This document shows positions 17,358-27,503 of a stretch of 64,000 bases of DNA, piece after piece. The notes beneath the pieces were generated by a model, which saw only the letters and a program-made list of their open reading frames with translations, had not been told where the DNA came from and did not search any database. How positions within the stretch are numbered: position 1 is the first letter of the stretch; every line of letters starts with the position of its first letter. Source of the DNA: Chloroflexota bacterium (GTDB lineage Bacteria; Chloroflexota; UBA11872; JBHOQS01); contig JBHOQS010000025.1 in assembly GCA_042408875.1 (NCBI GenBank), forward strand, positions 41,391 to 105,390, given 5' to 3'. Position numbers and translations under genes: made by a program.

Positions 17358-18665
17358 ATGAGGATGCCCGCGCTGACCCGCCGTGAGGTGCTCGCTGTGC
17401 CACTGGCCAGCTGGGCAGGGGCCCTGCTGGCGGCCTGCCGCCCGCAGCAGCCTGCCGGGGGGCCTGGCGAGCAGGTCGTGGAGTTCATGAACTGGAGCGA
17501 CATTCAGAACACTACCCTGGAAGTGGTGATCAACAACTTCCAAGCCAAGTTCCCGCGCATAAAAGTCGACGTGCAGCCTACCCCGGCTGACTATGAAGAC
17601 AAGATGCGCGCCATGCTGGCAGCGGGTGTGGCGCCAGACATCATGCGCGTTAACGATGATTATGTACGCGGCTACACCCTTAAAGGGCAGCTTACCGATC
17701 TCACGCCCTACATTCGGAAGAGCGGCTTCAAACGCGAGGACTTTTTCGAGACCCACTGGGACTTCCCGATCTACCAGGGCAAGTACTGGGCGTGGCAGAT
17801 CGGCAATAATCCGCGCCTCTTCTTCGCGAACGTTGACCTCTTCAACAAGATGGGTGTGCCACTCCCACCCAACGACCGGTGGGATCCGCCGGGATGGACC
17901 TGGGATGACCTGCTGGTGACCGCACGCCGCCTGACCGATCCGGCCAACGATCAGTTCGGCGTGCTGATTGTGGACGACACGGGCTATGAAGAGACCTTCG
18001 CGCGGAATAACGGCGGCGTGGGTATTTACGACAAGGACGGCCTCAAGTTCACGCTTGCGGACGAAGCCGGTATCCAGGCCGTGCAGTGGGTTGTGGACCT
18101 GACCTGCGCGCACCAGGTGCAGCCGGGCCCGGCTGACCGCAGCCGGCTTGGCGGCGCGGATGCGATGTTCCGCAACGGCAAGCTGGGCATGATCTTCCGC
18201 ACGATGGGCTATACCAACACCCTCTGGCGCACAGCACGGGACCTGAACTTCGATCTCGTCCCGGTGCCGAAGAAGGTCCATCGTGTCACCGAAGGTAGCC
18301 TGATCGTGTTCTGCATCCCGCGCATCGCCAAGAACCCGGACGGCGCCTGGGAGCTGCTGGCCTATTTCGTCCAGGACGAGGCCGCCAAGATCTTCGCGGA
18401 GAACCTGGATTGGGTGCCGGCGCGCAAGGCTCCGGCGCAGCAGTACATCAAGCCGCGCCCGGGCCAGCCGCCGGCCCATCTGAGCCTGCTCGTCGAGGCC
18501 CAGGCGAACTCGGTGAACGTGAACTACGCCGCCGGTACAGAGCGCGCCCGCCAGATCTACCGGCCTATTCTCAGCCGCGACGTCTACACCTGCCAGAAGA
18601 GCGCGCGTGAAGTGCTCAGCAGCTTGCGCAGTGAGATCGAGGCAACGCTACGGCTGGAGATTTAA
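17358..18665 (+). CDS. ABC transporter substrate-binding lipoprotein (family 1, carbohydrate-type), Tat/lipobox signal; orphan
   Basis: N-terminus has RREVLAV...LLAAC. Family-1 SBP size and motifs. Preceded by an AT-rich promoter-like island at 17266-17345. Confidence 0.6.
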   Translation: MRMPALTRREVLAVPLASWAGALLAACRPQQPAGGPGEQVVEFMNWSDIQNTTLEVVINNFQAKFPRIKVDVQPTPADYEDKMRAMLAAGVAPDIMRVNDDYVRGYTLKGQLTDLTPYIRKSGFKREDFFETHWDFPIYQGKYWAWQIGNNPRLFFANVDLFNKMGVPLPPNDRWDPPGWTWDDLLVTARRLTDPANDQFGVLIVDDTGYEETFARNNGGVGIYDKDGLKFTLADEAGIQAVQWVVDLTCAHQVQPGPADRSRLGGADAMFRNGKLGMIFRTMGYTNTLWRTARDLNFDLVPVPKKVHRVTEGSLIVFCIPRIAKNPDGAWELLAYFVQDEAAKIFAENLDWVPARKAPAQQYIKPRPGQPPAHLSLLVEAQANSVNVNYAAGTERARQIYRPILSRDVYTCQKSAREVLSSLRSEIEATLRLEI

Positions 18666-18743
18666 GTGAAGCGTTCAGGGCTTCTATACTGTCTGGTCTA
18701 TACGGTCTGGAAGTCCTGAAGAGACCCCTGCGGAAGGTGGAGC

Positions 18744-20078
18744 GTGGCCACAGTGGCGAGCACCTCTTTCGAAGAGCAGGTGAGCGGATTACCGTATACA
18801 GCACCGCTCCCACTCATGTATCGCGTCCGGCAGCATTTTCGTGCCCCCGTGCTGGCAGACCTCGAAGCGGCCATAGCCGAGCAGTGCCGCCTCCTGGACG
18901 GCCGCATCCACCCGGGCATGCGCGTCGGCCTCACCGCGGGCAGCCGTGGCATCGCCAACATTGCCCGCATCCTGCGCGCCGTTGGGCGCGAAGTGCGCGC
19001 CCGCGGGGGTGAGCCGTTCATCATCCCGGCGATGGGCAGCCACGGTGGTGCTACAGCTGAGGGACAGCATGCCATGCTGGCCGACCTCGGCATCACCGAG
19101 GCCAGCGTGGAGATGCCTATCGTCTCCTCCATGGAGGTGCGCGAGGTCGATCGCCTGGACGGGGGACCGCGCGTCTTCGTCAGCGTTACCGCCCTCGAGG
19201 CCGATGGCGTGATCGTCATCGGCCGCGTCAAGCCGCACACTGACTTTCGCAGCACGATCGAGAGCGGCCTGGCGAAGATGTGCGCGATTGGCTTGGGCAA
19301 GCATCGTGGGGCCCAGGAGATTCACTCATACGGCACCCAGGGCCTGGCGTACTGGCTTCCTCGGGCGGCTCGCCTGATCGTGCGCCATGCCCGCGTGCTG
19401 TTGGGCCTGGCCATTCTGGAGAATGCCTACGACCAGACCGCTCGTATCGTGGCCGTTACGCCGGAAGACATCGGCGGGCCGGGTGAAGAAGCGCTCCTTG
19501 AGGAGGCCCGTGGCCTGATGGCCTCTCTGCCCTTCGATCAGTTCGATGTCTTGGTCGTTGACGAGATGGGCAAGAACATCAGCGGCACCGGCATGGATAC
19601 GAACATCATCGGCCGCATGATGATCCAGGGCGTGCCGGAGTTCGACCGCCCGCGCATTAAGACGATTGCTGTCCTAGACCTGACCGACGCCGCACACGGG
19701 AACGCTGCCGGCATTGGCCTTGCGGACGTCACGACGCTGCGAGTCTACCGCAAGATCGACTTCCGCGCCACCTACATCAACGGCCTGACTTCAGGCATCG
19801 GCGGGGTGCAACGGGTGAAGCTCCCCATTGTCGCTCCCACCGACCGCGATGCCATTGCCGCAGCAATTCTCACCTGCGGGCGCGCCGACGCTACACAGGT
19901 GCAGCTGGTGCGCATCAAGAACACCCTTGAGCTGCATGAGATCCTGATCTCCGAAGCGCTCGTGCCGCAGGCGCGCCAGATCCCTCATCTGGAGATTGTC
20001 AGCGGCCCGGAGCCATTCGAATTCGATGCCCAGGGGCAGATCCGGCCGTTCCGCCTTCAGCCGGTTGCACACAGCTAG
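18744..20078 (+). CDS. DUF2088/LarA-like (lactate racemase N-terminal domain) protein
   Basis: 444 aa. GLTAGSRGIANIARIL...IPAMGSHGG... is typical of the LarA N-domain family. Confidence 0.5.
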   Translation: MATVASTSFEEQVSGLPYTAPLPLMYRVRQHFRAPVLADLEAAIAEQCRLLDGRIHPGMRVGLTAGSRGIANIARILRAVGREVRARGGEPFIIPAMGSHGGATAEGQHAMLADLGITEASVEMPIVSSMEVREVDRLDGGPRVFVSVTALEADGVIVIGRVKPHTDFRSTIESGLAKMCAIGLGKHRGAQEIHSYGTQGLAYWLPRAARLIVRHARVLLGLAILENAYDQTARIVAVTPEDIGGPGEEALLEEARGLMASLPFDQFDVLVVDEMGKNISGTGMDTNIIGRMMIQGVPEFDRPRIKTIAVLDLTDAAHGNAAGIGLADVTTLRVYRKIDFRATYINGLTSGIGGVQRVKLPIVAPTDRDAIAAAILTCGRADATQVQLVRIKNTLELHEILISEALVPQARQIPHLEIVSGPEPFEFDAQGQIRPFRLQPVAHS

Positions 20079-20098
20079 GGGACAGGCTGCTCCCAGTC

Positions 20099-21565
20099 TC
20101 ACAGCCTGCGCAGGAACTCTGTCGTCTCCTGATCGTAGGAGTCGAAGGGATCGCGTAGCGCCAGCCGCCGCCCTTCATCCACGTACACCATATCCCAGTC
20201 GATGACATAGGTGCGCACACCGCGGGCAAGCAGTGCGGCGACAGCGCGGCTGCGCGCACGGGCGCGGGTGTGCTGCGGAGCGAGCCGGGTAGCCAGCTCG
20301 ATCTCTGTCTCATCCACGAGCCGGCGCATCTGACCAGTCTGCTCCAGACCGTAGTACAGCCCGCGCGCTGGATCGATGTTGTGGTACTCGAGATCGAGGC
20401 TGACGAGGATATCCGCGCCCCAGGAGACGTTCTCCTCCTGCATGTACAGCTCCAGCAGCCGGCGCTTGGCTACCCAGTCGAGCCGGTCGGCCAGCGCCAT
20501 GGGATCACGCTCAAGCCCATCGAGCACGCTCTCCCATTCCACCAGTACCCAGTCGGTTTCGTGATCACGGCCGCGCACCAGGCGCTGCGCCTCTGCCAGG
20601 TACAGACGCTGTAGATCGATCGCAGAGATCGTGCTCCCGTCGGCGCGCTCGACCAGCCAGCGCAGGGTCGTGTCGCGCGACACCCGCCGCAGGGCAGACA
20701 AGGGATCGCGCAGACAGACCGCCTCACCTACTACACCCTGCTCGACAAGATCCAGCACCAGGCAGGTCGTGCCCACTTTGAGTGCCAGCGCGTACTCGCT
20801 CATGTTCCCTTCGCCGAACAGCAGGTGCAGCCGGCGCAGGTCATTGAACGAGGTACGCATGCTGCGCTTCGGATTGATGATCGCCCGGTTGAAGCGCACC
20901 CGCGGTGAGACAGTGTGCAGGATGTGGTCTGCCCGCTGGGAAAGCTGGTATGTCACCGTCGGGTCTGGCTCGACGGCGTAGACATCGGTCAGCCATACCT
21001 GGCCGGCGTCCCGGCGCAGGAGGCCTGCCCAGCCAAAATCCGGGCGTCTGATGCGATGGCCGCCTACCCGTCCGGCGCCGGCGAAGATCTGGCGGGTGAC
21101 CAGGAAGGGCAGGAGGTAAGGGAGTTCCTCGCGAAAGAAGCGATCGCCCAACGCGACGAGGTAGTTTTCGTGGCATCCGAAGGTATGCCCGGCGAAGTGA
21201 TCGACCGAGTTATTGTGGAAGCTTACCGCGCCGGCAAGTCCCATCTCTTCGAGGGCGCGCTGCAGGATACGCTGTCCGGCCCGCTCATGGGCTACCAGCT
21301 CACGCAGGCTGGAACACTCCGGCGTAGCATACTCCTCGTGGCTGCCGACCTCGTCTACATAGAGCCGCGCGCCATTGACCAGGAAGCCTCCACAACCGGC
21401 CGGCTCGAAGGAGTAGTCGCGGGAATGGAGATCGATCAAGCCCAGACGGCCCTCAAGGAAAACGTGGTCCTTGACCGCCTCGACGATGTTCTCGGCGCGC
21501 CCAAGCGCCGGGTCACGCACTAGACACCCGAACTCGGTTTCGATGCCGAACACGCGGGGCAGCAT
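20099..21565 (-). CDS. pafA: Pup/UBact--protein ligase (PafA-type)
   Basis: The N-terminal GIETEFG motif and ...NGARLYVDEVGSHEEYATPECS match PafA (LYLDVGSHPEYATAEC) and lack the long Dop loop. It is the last gene of the proteasome cluster. Confidence 0.8.
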   Translation of the reverse strand: MLPRVFGIETEFGCLVRDPALGRAENIVEAVKDHVFLEGRLGLIDLHSRDYSFEPAGCGGFLVNGARLYVDEVGSHEEYATPECSSLRELVAHERAGQRILQRALEEMGLAGAVSFHNNSVDHFAGHTFGCHENYLVALGDRFFREELPYLLPFLVTRQIFAGAGRVGGHRIRRPDFGWAGLLRRDAGQVWLTDVYAVEPDPTVTYQLSQRADHILHTVSPRVRFNRAIINPKRSMRTSFNDLRRLHLLFGEGNMSEYALALKVGTTCLVLDLVEQGVVGEAVCLRDPLSALRRVSRDTTLRWLVERADGSTISAIDLQRLYLAEAQRLVRGRDHETDWVLVEWESVLDGLERDPMALADRLDWVAKRRLLELYMQEENVSWGADILVSLDLEYHNIDPARGLYYGLEQTGQMRRLVDETEIELATRLAPQHTRARARSRAVAALLARGVRTYVIDWDMVYVDEGRRLALRDPFDSYDQETTEFLRRL

Positions 21566-21579
21566 ACACGCCCCCGTTG

Positions 21580-22383
21580 CTACCGCTCCATGCGGCGGTA
21601 CGGCGCCATCAGCGGCTCAAGCTCCCGCACGCCCAGGAGGCGGAACTTGCTCTCGCGCTGGGTGTTCCGCTGCAAGATAGCCGCTTCGACGGTCCCCTCG
21701 GCCAGCGCCTGGCGCAGCGTGCGGTCAATGAACTCCTCGTCCCCTTCCTCGGCGCGCCGGCCCTCCGCATCCTCCTCGTCCTCCCCACGAGCAGCGGGCT
21801 CGTCGCGGCTGCCCAGCGCCCAGATGCGCAGCGCATGCTCCAACGCTGCCTGGAGGCTCAGCGAGTCTCCCTCAAGGGTCTCGAGCTGGCGACGCATCAG
21901 CTCCTCACCGTAGCGACTGCCGGCGATAGCGCCGTAGCCGTAGGTGACGGTGAACTCCCCATCGTAGTTGAGGACGTAGTAGGCATCTGCCCCCGGCGCT
22001 CGCCCAAGCTCGGCGAAGATGCCCCGCAGCACGAAGGGGGCAGTAAATGTGTCGCCGAAGGACCGCTTGAGCGGCGGGGAGAGCGCGAAGCCGACCAGCC
22101 GCTGAGCCGACACGTCGTCTGGGCTGCGCTGGTACCCCTCCTGATGGCAGAAGTCGATTGCAGCAATGCGGAAGGTCTCGATATCGCCTTGATGCCCGAT
22201 CGCGGAGAACATCAGGCGATCATAGATCTCGTAGATCTTGCGCTGTGATCGCCGCACCGACAGCAGAAGCGCCCCATCGCGGTACGACAGGCCAACTACT
22301 GGGCTGCCGGCACGCAGCCGCTCTTCGACGTACTCCGCGCGATGCCTGATTGCCTCGTTAAAGTCATACGGCGTATACACCAT
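21580..22383 (-). CDS. prcA: 20S proteasome alpha subunit
   Basis: 267 aa. YDRLMFSAIGHQGD..., a typical alpha-subunit fold sequence directly downstream of the beta subunit. Confidence 0.8.
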   Translation of the reverse strand: MVYTPYDFNEAIRHRAEYVEERLRAGSPVVGLSYRDGALLLSVRRSQRKIYEIYDRLMFSAIGHQGDIETFRIAAIDFCHQEGYQRSPDDVSAQRLVGFALSPPLKRSFGDTFTAPFVLRGIFAELGRAPGADAYYVLNYDGEFTVTYGYGAIAGSRYGEELMRRQLETLEGDSLSLQAALEHALRIWALGSRDEPAARGEDEEDAEGRRAEEGDEEFIDRTLRQALAEGTVEAAILQRNTQRESKFRLLGVRELEPLMAPYRRMER

Positions 22384-22464
22384 CGGGTTGTACTACCCTC
22401 TCTCCAGCACCCCGCTTACACCACGCGCTTTTGTATCCAGCCAAACGTGTACCAGCACCGCGCG

Positions 22465-23343
22465 TTACCGCACCGTGACCGGGCCTGCACCGATGCGCTG
22501 GAGTGTTTCGCGCAGCTTCTCCTCTGGCACGTCCTGAATGCCCTCGGCGTCGATGAACTTCGCCAGTGGCAGATGCTTGTACGAGCCGCCGGTTGCCGTA
22601 TCGAGCTCCGCGGCGATCTCCAAGAGCAAGAGCGCCTCGTACAAGGCGTCATCAAAGGACATTTCGTGGAACGGTCCCTTGGTGCGCATGATGTACTCGA
22701 AGCAGCCGCGGATGCGCTCGGACCCGCTGCCCGCTGCGCCATACTCCGCCGTCTCGAAGCGGGCACCCATGCCATCGTAGAAGAAAATACGACCTTCGTT
22801 GCGATCGAGGTCGAACGTAGACAGCACCGGAATGAACGCCCCAATGCCGTTGATGAGGTTCGGCACGTTCGCCGCGATGACCCGTGCCAGCTCCGAGAGC
22901 TTGCCGTCCAAGCTCATACGCTGGAGCTGCGAGCGCTCGAAGTACTTGAAGGCGTGGCGCAGATACCGCACGACCTCGATCGCCTTGGCGTAGGAGCCCG
23001 AGATAGCGATGAGAGTGTAGTCGTCCAGCGCCAGCACCTTCTCGGCACGATCATACATCACCGCGAACGCGGCCGTGGCACGGCGGTCACCCACGTTGAG
23101 CACGCCACCTTTGTACTTGAGGGCAATGACCGTGGTGCCGTGCGTGTCCACCGCCGAGGCGGCCGGGCCTGGCGGCACCGGGACGACCTGCGGGATCGAC
23201 GGCGCGAACCGCGGCGGGAACCACGCTTCGCGGTCCCCCCTCCCGGGGCCGGCGTGGTCAGACAGGCTCTCTCTTGCAGGTAAGATCTCTATCCCAGAAC
23301 GCTGGAGTAGACGCGCGAAATCCCCACAAGCGTTTCCAAACAT
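22465..23343 (-). CDS. prcB: 20S proteasome beta subunit with propeptide (active-site Thr in ...DTHG|TTVIAL)
   Basis: A propeptide is followed by the TTVIALKYKGGVL Ntn-hydrolase motif. Confidence 0.85.
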   Translation of the reverse strand: MFGNACGDFARLLQRSGIEILPARESLSDHAGPGRGDREAWFPPRFAPSIPQVVPVPPGPAASAVDTHGTTVIALKYKGGVLNVGDRRATAAFAVMYDRAEKVLALDDYTLIAISGSYAKAIEVVRYLRHAFKYFERSQLQRMSLDGKLSELARVIAANVPNLINGIGAFIPVLSTFDLDRNEGRIFFYDGMGARFETAEYGAAGSGSERIRGCFEYIMRTKGPFHEMSFDDALYEALLLLEIAAELDTATGGSYKHLPLAKFIDAEGIQDVPEEKLRETLQRIGAGPVTVR

Positions 23344-23596
23344 GCGTTGTCTTTCTACTACCTACTGCTACCTTACTGCACACCCGCGCCCGGCCTCCCC
23401 TGTTGGCCAGGAGAGCACACGGTAACGCAAGGCGCCAGGGCGGTGCCATACCTTTCCTGCCGGCGGGCCTCGATCGTCATGCCTCGCCTGACCAGCCTGG
23501 TAAGCGAGCTACGCGATCAGGCCACGCCGGCGCGCCAGCGCCGGCCTGTGCCTCGCCGGTAGCAGGGAAGGCTGGGAAGAGAACCGCTATCGTCCC

Positions 23597-23782
23597 CTAC
23601 TCACCACTGCGCTGGCGGTAGCGGCGCGCCGTCTCTGGATCGACGCGGCGCATACGCCGCAGCAGTTCCTTCGTATCCGGCCGGCTCACATCCGGCCGGG
23701 TCGGCCCACCTTCGTCGCCCGGCTTGGTGATCGGGTCTTGCGGCAGCGGCCGGCGCAGACGCTCCTCCATCTTCACAATCAT
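23597..23782 (-). CDS. small ubiquitin-like prokaryotic modifier, UBact-type Pup homologue (61 aa from the ATG after the GGAGGAGG SD; ORF-track start 23818)
   Basis: Own reverse-complement translation: MIVKMEERLRRPLPQDPITKPGDEGGPTRPDVSRPDTKELLRRMRRVDPETARRYRQRSGE*. It sits between dop and prcB. The C-terminus LL..M..VDP..A.RYRQRSGE parallels the Pup LL..I..V....A...YVQKGGQ helix but ends SGE and is net basic. Confidence 0.65.
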   Translation of the reverse strand: MIVKMEERLRRPLPQDPITKPGDEGGPTRPDVSRPDTKELLRRMRRVDPETARRYRQRSGE

Positions 23783-23830
23783 CTCGACCTTGCCTCCTCC
23801 CATCAGACTGGGCATCACACCAACAGAGCC

Positions 23831-25441
23831 TTATTGGACGGCGCTCCGAAGTCGCTTGCGCTCCTCCCGCAGGATGTGCAAGAACTCGTCCAGGTCGCCG
23901 GCCCCGGCCAAGCGCTGGTTGAGCCCGGCGATCTCGCCGTCTACGAGCCTGGAGAGATCGATCGTGGCAGTGTGTCCGTCACGCTCCAGGCTGATCCGGC
24001 TCCATCCTACCAGGCAGATCGCCTCGTGGAAGCGCTCCACACACAGGCCACGCACAAAAGCGCGCGTCGAGGCCGGCGGATGGAGCATAGCCGCCTGGAT
24101 CTCGGCCTCGGTCACGATCCGGCGCACCTGGCCAGCCTGCTCCAGCCCATAGTACAGCCCGCGCTCCGGGTCGACGTTGTGGTATTCCAGGTCCAGTGCG
24201 AGCATCACTGGGTCGTCCCAGTGAACGCCTTCCTCGCGCTGATACGTCTCCAGGAGCAGGCGTTTAGCAACCCAGTCCAGGCGATCGGCCAGTTCCAGCG
24301 GGTCCCGCCCCAGCGCTTCTAGCGTAGCAGCCCATTCAACAAGTGTCCAGTCAGCATCCGGGCTCAGTCCGGCCAGCGTGCGCCGGGCAGCGTCCAGATA
24401 GGCATACTGGATGTCTAACGCCGTGGTCTTGCGCCCATCCTCTAGCTCGACCACCCAGCGCTGCGACGGATCACGCGAGATCGCCTTGATAGCCTCGACC
24501 GGGTTGCGCAGGCGCAGGTCCGGCAGCCACCCATCTTCAGCCAGCGCCAGCACGAGCGCGGTAGCCCCGACCCGCAAGGCCGTAGCGTACTCCGACATGT
24601 TCGCATCGCCAACGATCACATGAAAGCGCCGGTACAGCCGCGGGTCAGCGTGCGGCTCATCACGGGTATTGATGATCGGCCGGCGGTAGAGCGTCTCCAC
24701 GCTCGCTAGCTCGGTGACGTAGTCCGCCCGCTGGGAGAGCTGGTAGACCATCCCGGCGAAGGCGCTGCTGTCCTGTTCGATCCCCACCTTGCCGGCCCCG
24801 GCATAGATCTGCCGGGTCACCAGGAACGGTGTGAGCACCTGGATCAGGCGCTCGAACGGCACGTCGCGGCGCACCAGGTAGTCCTCATGGCAACCGTAGG
24901 AGATGCCGTGATAATCGGTGTTGTTCTTGTAGATCGCAAAGCTGCCGCCAGCCTGCTCCGCATAGAGCCTGGCGCACTCCAGCACGATGCGTTCACCGGC
25001 TTTATCGTGCGCCACGAGTTCGCGCAGCGTGGAGCACTCGGGCGTCGAGTACTCCGGATGGCCGTGGTCGTTGTACAGCCGCGCGCCATTGGCGAGCACA
25101 TGATCGGCGCGCACCTGGTCCGGCGGCATCTGCGGCTCGCCGGGCTTCTCCCATTTCGCATCTTCAGGATTCGGCGTCAGGTGTGCCACCCGGAAGCCGC
25201 GTGCGTCGGCGCGGGGGTCTTCGCGCCGGTAATCCCAGCGCCCGGCCCAGACCCGCGGGTAGGCATTCACGCAGGCCGTCGCCTCGCGGATGAGGTCGCC
25301 CGGATCCCGCCCCTCGATATGGAAGCCGTACTCGGTCTCGATGCCGAAGATGCGCGAGACCAGGTGTCCCGGCGGGAGCGTCGGGATCGGGCTCTGGAGC
25401 TGCTCCGCCTGTGGGGAGCCAGACTGCTGAGCGCTAGTCAT
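23831..25441 (-). CDS. dop: Pup/UBact deamidase-depupylase (Dop-type)
   Basis: GIETEYG is followed by a long insertion (RWDYRREDPRADARGF...) and ...NGARLYNDHGHPEYSTPECS, matching the Dop-specific loop and DHxHPEYSxPEC motif. Confidence 0.8.
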   Translation of the reverse strand: MTSAQQSGSPQAEQLQSPIPTLPPGHLVSRIFGIETEYGFHIEGRDPGDLIREATACVNAYPRVWAGRWDYRREDPRADARGFRVAHLTPNPEDAKWEKPGEPQMPPDQVRADHVLANGARLYNDHGHPEYSTPECSTLRELVAHDKAGERIVLECARLYAEQAGGSFAIYKNNTDYHGISYGCHEDYLVRRDVPFERLIQVLTPFLVTRQIYAGAGKVGIEQDSSAFAGMVYQLSQRADYVTELASVETLYRRPIINTRDEPHADPRLYRRFHVIVGDANMSEYATALRVGATALVLALAEDGWLPDLRLRNPVEAIKAISRDPSQRWVVELEDGRKTTALDIQYAYLDAARRTLAGLSPDADWTLVEWAATLEALGRDPLELADRLDWVAKRLLLETYQREEGVHWDDPVMLALDLEYHNVDPERGLYYGLEQAGQVRRIVTEAEIQAAMLHPPASTRAFVRGLCVERFHEAICLVGWSRISLERDGHTATIDLSRLVDGEIAGLNQRLAGAGDLDEFLHILREERKRLRSAVQ

Positions 25442-25534
25442 CGCGGATCACAGACCTCACCCCCGGCCCCTCCGCAGCAGCACGTGCAAGAAGGCCGGCC
25501 CGCCGCCTGCGGGCAGGGAGGAGCCGGGGCAGAG

Positions 25535-27289
25535 TTAGATGACACTTCGCCGCGACGCCGCAGCGGCGGCCAGGCGCTCCGGCCGGATCGGCCGCACGTT
25601 AACGACCTCCTCCGGCTCGTAGTCGAGCAACTTCAGCCAGTCCTCCATGGCGTCGCTCTTGGGGAAGATCTCGTTCTCTTTGTACTCCAGCCGGATCGCC
25701 CGCTCCAGGTCCTCGATGGAGAGCCCTTCGTCGAGCGAGTTCCGCTCGATTGAGCGCTTGATGGCGAAGTCCTTCGCTCGCTCGACGACCGACTTGATCA
25801 GCGCACCGGACACGAGATCACGCCAGTGCAGGATCTCTGTCCCGCCGTTGCGCATGTACACCTCGAGGAAGCGGGTATCCTCGTCGCGGCGCCACATGTA
25901 GGTGAGCGCCCGCTCGATCAGCTCCTCGCGGGCGGCCCGCTCATCACCGCCATGCTTTGCCACCAGCGCCGGATCGACCGGCACCCGCTCGTTCAGGTAG
26001 ATGCGGAAGATATCGCGCGAGGCACGGCGGTCAGGCCGGCCCACCTTCACCTTCCGGTCGATGCGCTCCGGCCGCAGGATCGCCGGGTCGATGTAGTCTG
26101 GACGGTTCGAGGTGAGCATCACCACTACGTTGTGCAGCGACACCAGGCCGTCCATCTCCGCGGCGAACTGCGGCACGACCGTGTTCGCGATGTTCAGCCA
26201 GCGACCTGATGAGCGCACGCGCAGGATGCTCTCCGCCTCGTCGATGAAGATGAAGACCAGGTAGCCCTCTTTGGCCTTCTCACGCGCCTGGGCGAAGATC
26301 TCGCGCACCATGCGCTCGGACTCACCCAGCCACATATTCAGGATCTTCGGGCCGCTGATGTACATGAAGTACTCCTTCACGTCGCGGCCCATCCGCTTCT
26401 TGTACTCCTGGGTGAGGTTGTAGGCAGTGGCCTTCCCGATGAGCGTCTTGCCACAGCCCGGCGGGCCGTAGAGCAGAATGCCCTTGAGCGGCCGCTTCTC
26501 GAAGCGCTCGAACAGCTCCGGGTGCAGCAGCGGCAGCTCGATGGCATCACGGATGACCTGGATAGCCTCCTCCTGGCCGCCGATGGCGCTCCAGGGGATC
26601 TCGGGCACCTCCTCCAGGTAGTAGTCGCGCACTTCCTTCTGGGCAAAGTGCTCCAGCGCGACCTTCATGTTCGGCTCCAGGCGCACTTCGTCGCCGGGCT
26701 TGAGCACCGCGCCTTCCAGGTCGCTACAGCGCAAGATCACCCGCCCGGAGAGGCCCTGCGGATCGGTGGACACACGCAGGCGGCCATCAGGCAGGACCTC
26801 GCTGATCTTCACAATCGGCCCGGTGGGATGGTAGCCCAGGTCACCGATGACGGCGAAGGCCTCATTGACCTTCACCCGCGTCCCGATCTTGAAGTTCTGC
26901 TCCTTGAGCTTCGGATCGACGTTGGAATAGTATTCGCTCTCGCCGACTGCGACGAGGGCGATGCCCTCGTCCGGCTTGCCCAGGTAGGTGGCAATTCGGT
27001 TCGCTGGCGACGTCAGCTTCTCGTACGCCTCTTCATACTCGGCCAGCGCTTCCATCGCCTCCTGGAACTGCCGCTCGTCTACCTCGAGCTGGTGGCGCAG
27101 CAGTAGGAGGTACTGCATCAGGCGCCCGTCTTTGATATCGAAGCGGTTGAGGATCTCGTCCAGCAGTGCCGAGGCCTTGAGCTGGGTCTCCGGAAAGACG
27201 CGCTCTTGGAACCGCTCGCGCTCGGGTTCTCGATTGCTGCGCCGGTTGCGCTCCAGATCGCGTCCACCATTGCGGGAATCGCGGCTCAT
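25535..27289 (-). CDS. proteasome-associated AAA+ ATPase (Mpa/ARC-like)
   Basis: 584 aa. N-terminal coiled coil, an OB-like region, Walker A GPPGCGKT, Walker B FIFIDEAES. The C-terminus ends ...SRRSVI (no GQYL). Confidence 0.8.
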   Translation of the reverse strand: MSRDSRNGGRDLERNRRSNREPERERFQERVFPETQLKASALLDEILNRFDIKDGRLMQYLLLLRHQLEVDERQFQEAMEALAEYEEAYEKLTSPANRIATYLGKPDEGIALVAVGESEYYSNVDPKLKEQNFKIGTRVKVNEAFAVIGDLGYHPTGPIVKISEVLPDGRLRVSTDPQGLSGRVILRCSDLEGAVLKPGDEVRLEPNMKVALEHFAQKEVRDYYLEEVPEIPWSAIGGQEEAIQVIRDAIELPLLHPELFERFEKRPLKGILLYGPPGCGKTLIGKATAYNLTQEYKKRMGRDVKEYFMYISGPKILNMWLGESERMVREIFAQAREKAKEGYLVFIFIDEAESILRVRSSGRWLNIANTVVPQFAAEMDGLVSLHNVVVMLTSNRPDYIDPAILRPERIDRKVKVGRPDRRASRDIFRIYLNERVPVDPALVAKHGGDERAAREELIERALTYMWRRDEDTRFLEVYMRNGGTEILHWRDLVSGALIKSVVERAKDFAIKRSIERNSLDEGLSIEDLERAIRLEYKENEIFPKSDAMEDWLKLLDYEPEEVVNVRPIRPERLAAAAASRRSVI

Positions 27290-27503
27290 GCTTCCCTCTC
27301 GTTACGCTACAGACCCCACCGAGACAGGCGGCGCGTACAGCTGTAGCGCCGCAGCTACGCTAATGAGTATACCCCGTGGACGCGACAGGCGCCACGCCCG
27401 ACAGCCTACCCATCCGGCTAGCCTCGCCGGCGCTTGCATTCGCGGCATCGGCTCAGGTATCCTAGCCAACCGCGGGACCCAAACACCACCGGAGCATACC
27501 ACG

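Noticed and set aside
23344-23596. 250-bp gap between the UBact and prcB genes as a possible extra small gene
   Set aside because: No ORF with SD or start context and conserved-looking translation. Likely an internal promoter or processing region.
24887-25753. 288-aa plus-strand ORF
   Set aside because: Antisense to the dop gene, with no recognisable motifs.
26522-27106. 194-aa plus-strand ORF
   Set aside because: Antisense to the Mpa/ARC ATPase gene.
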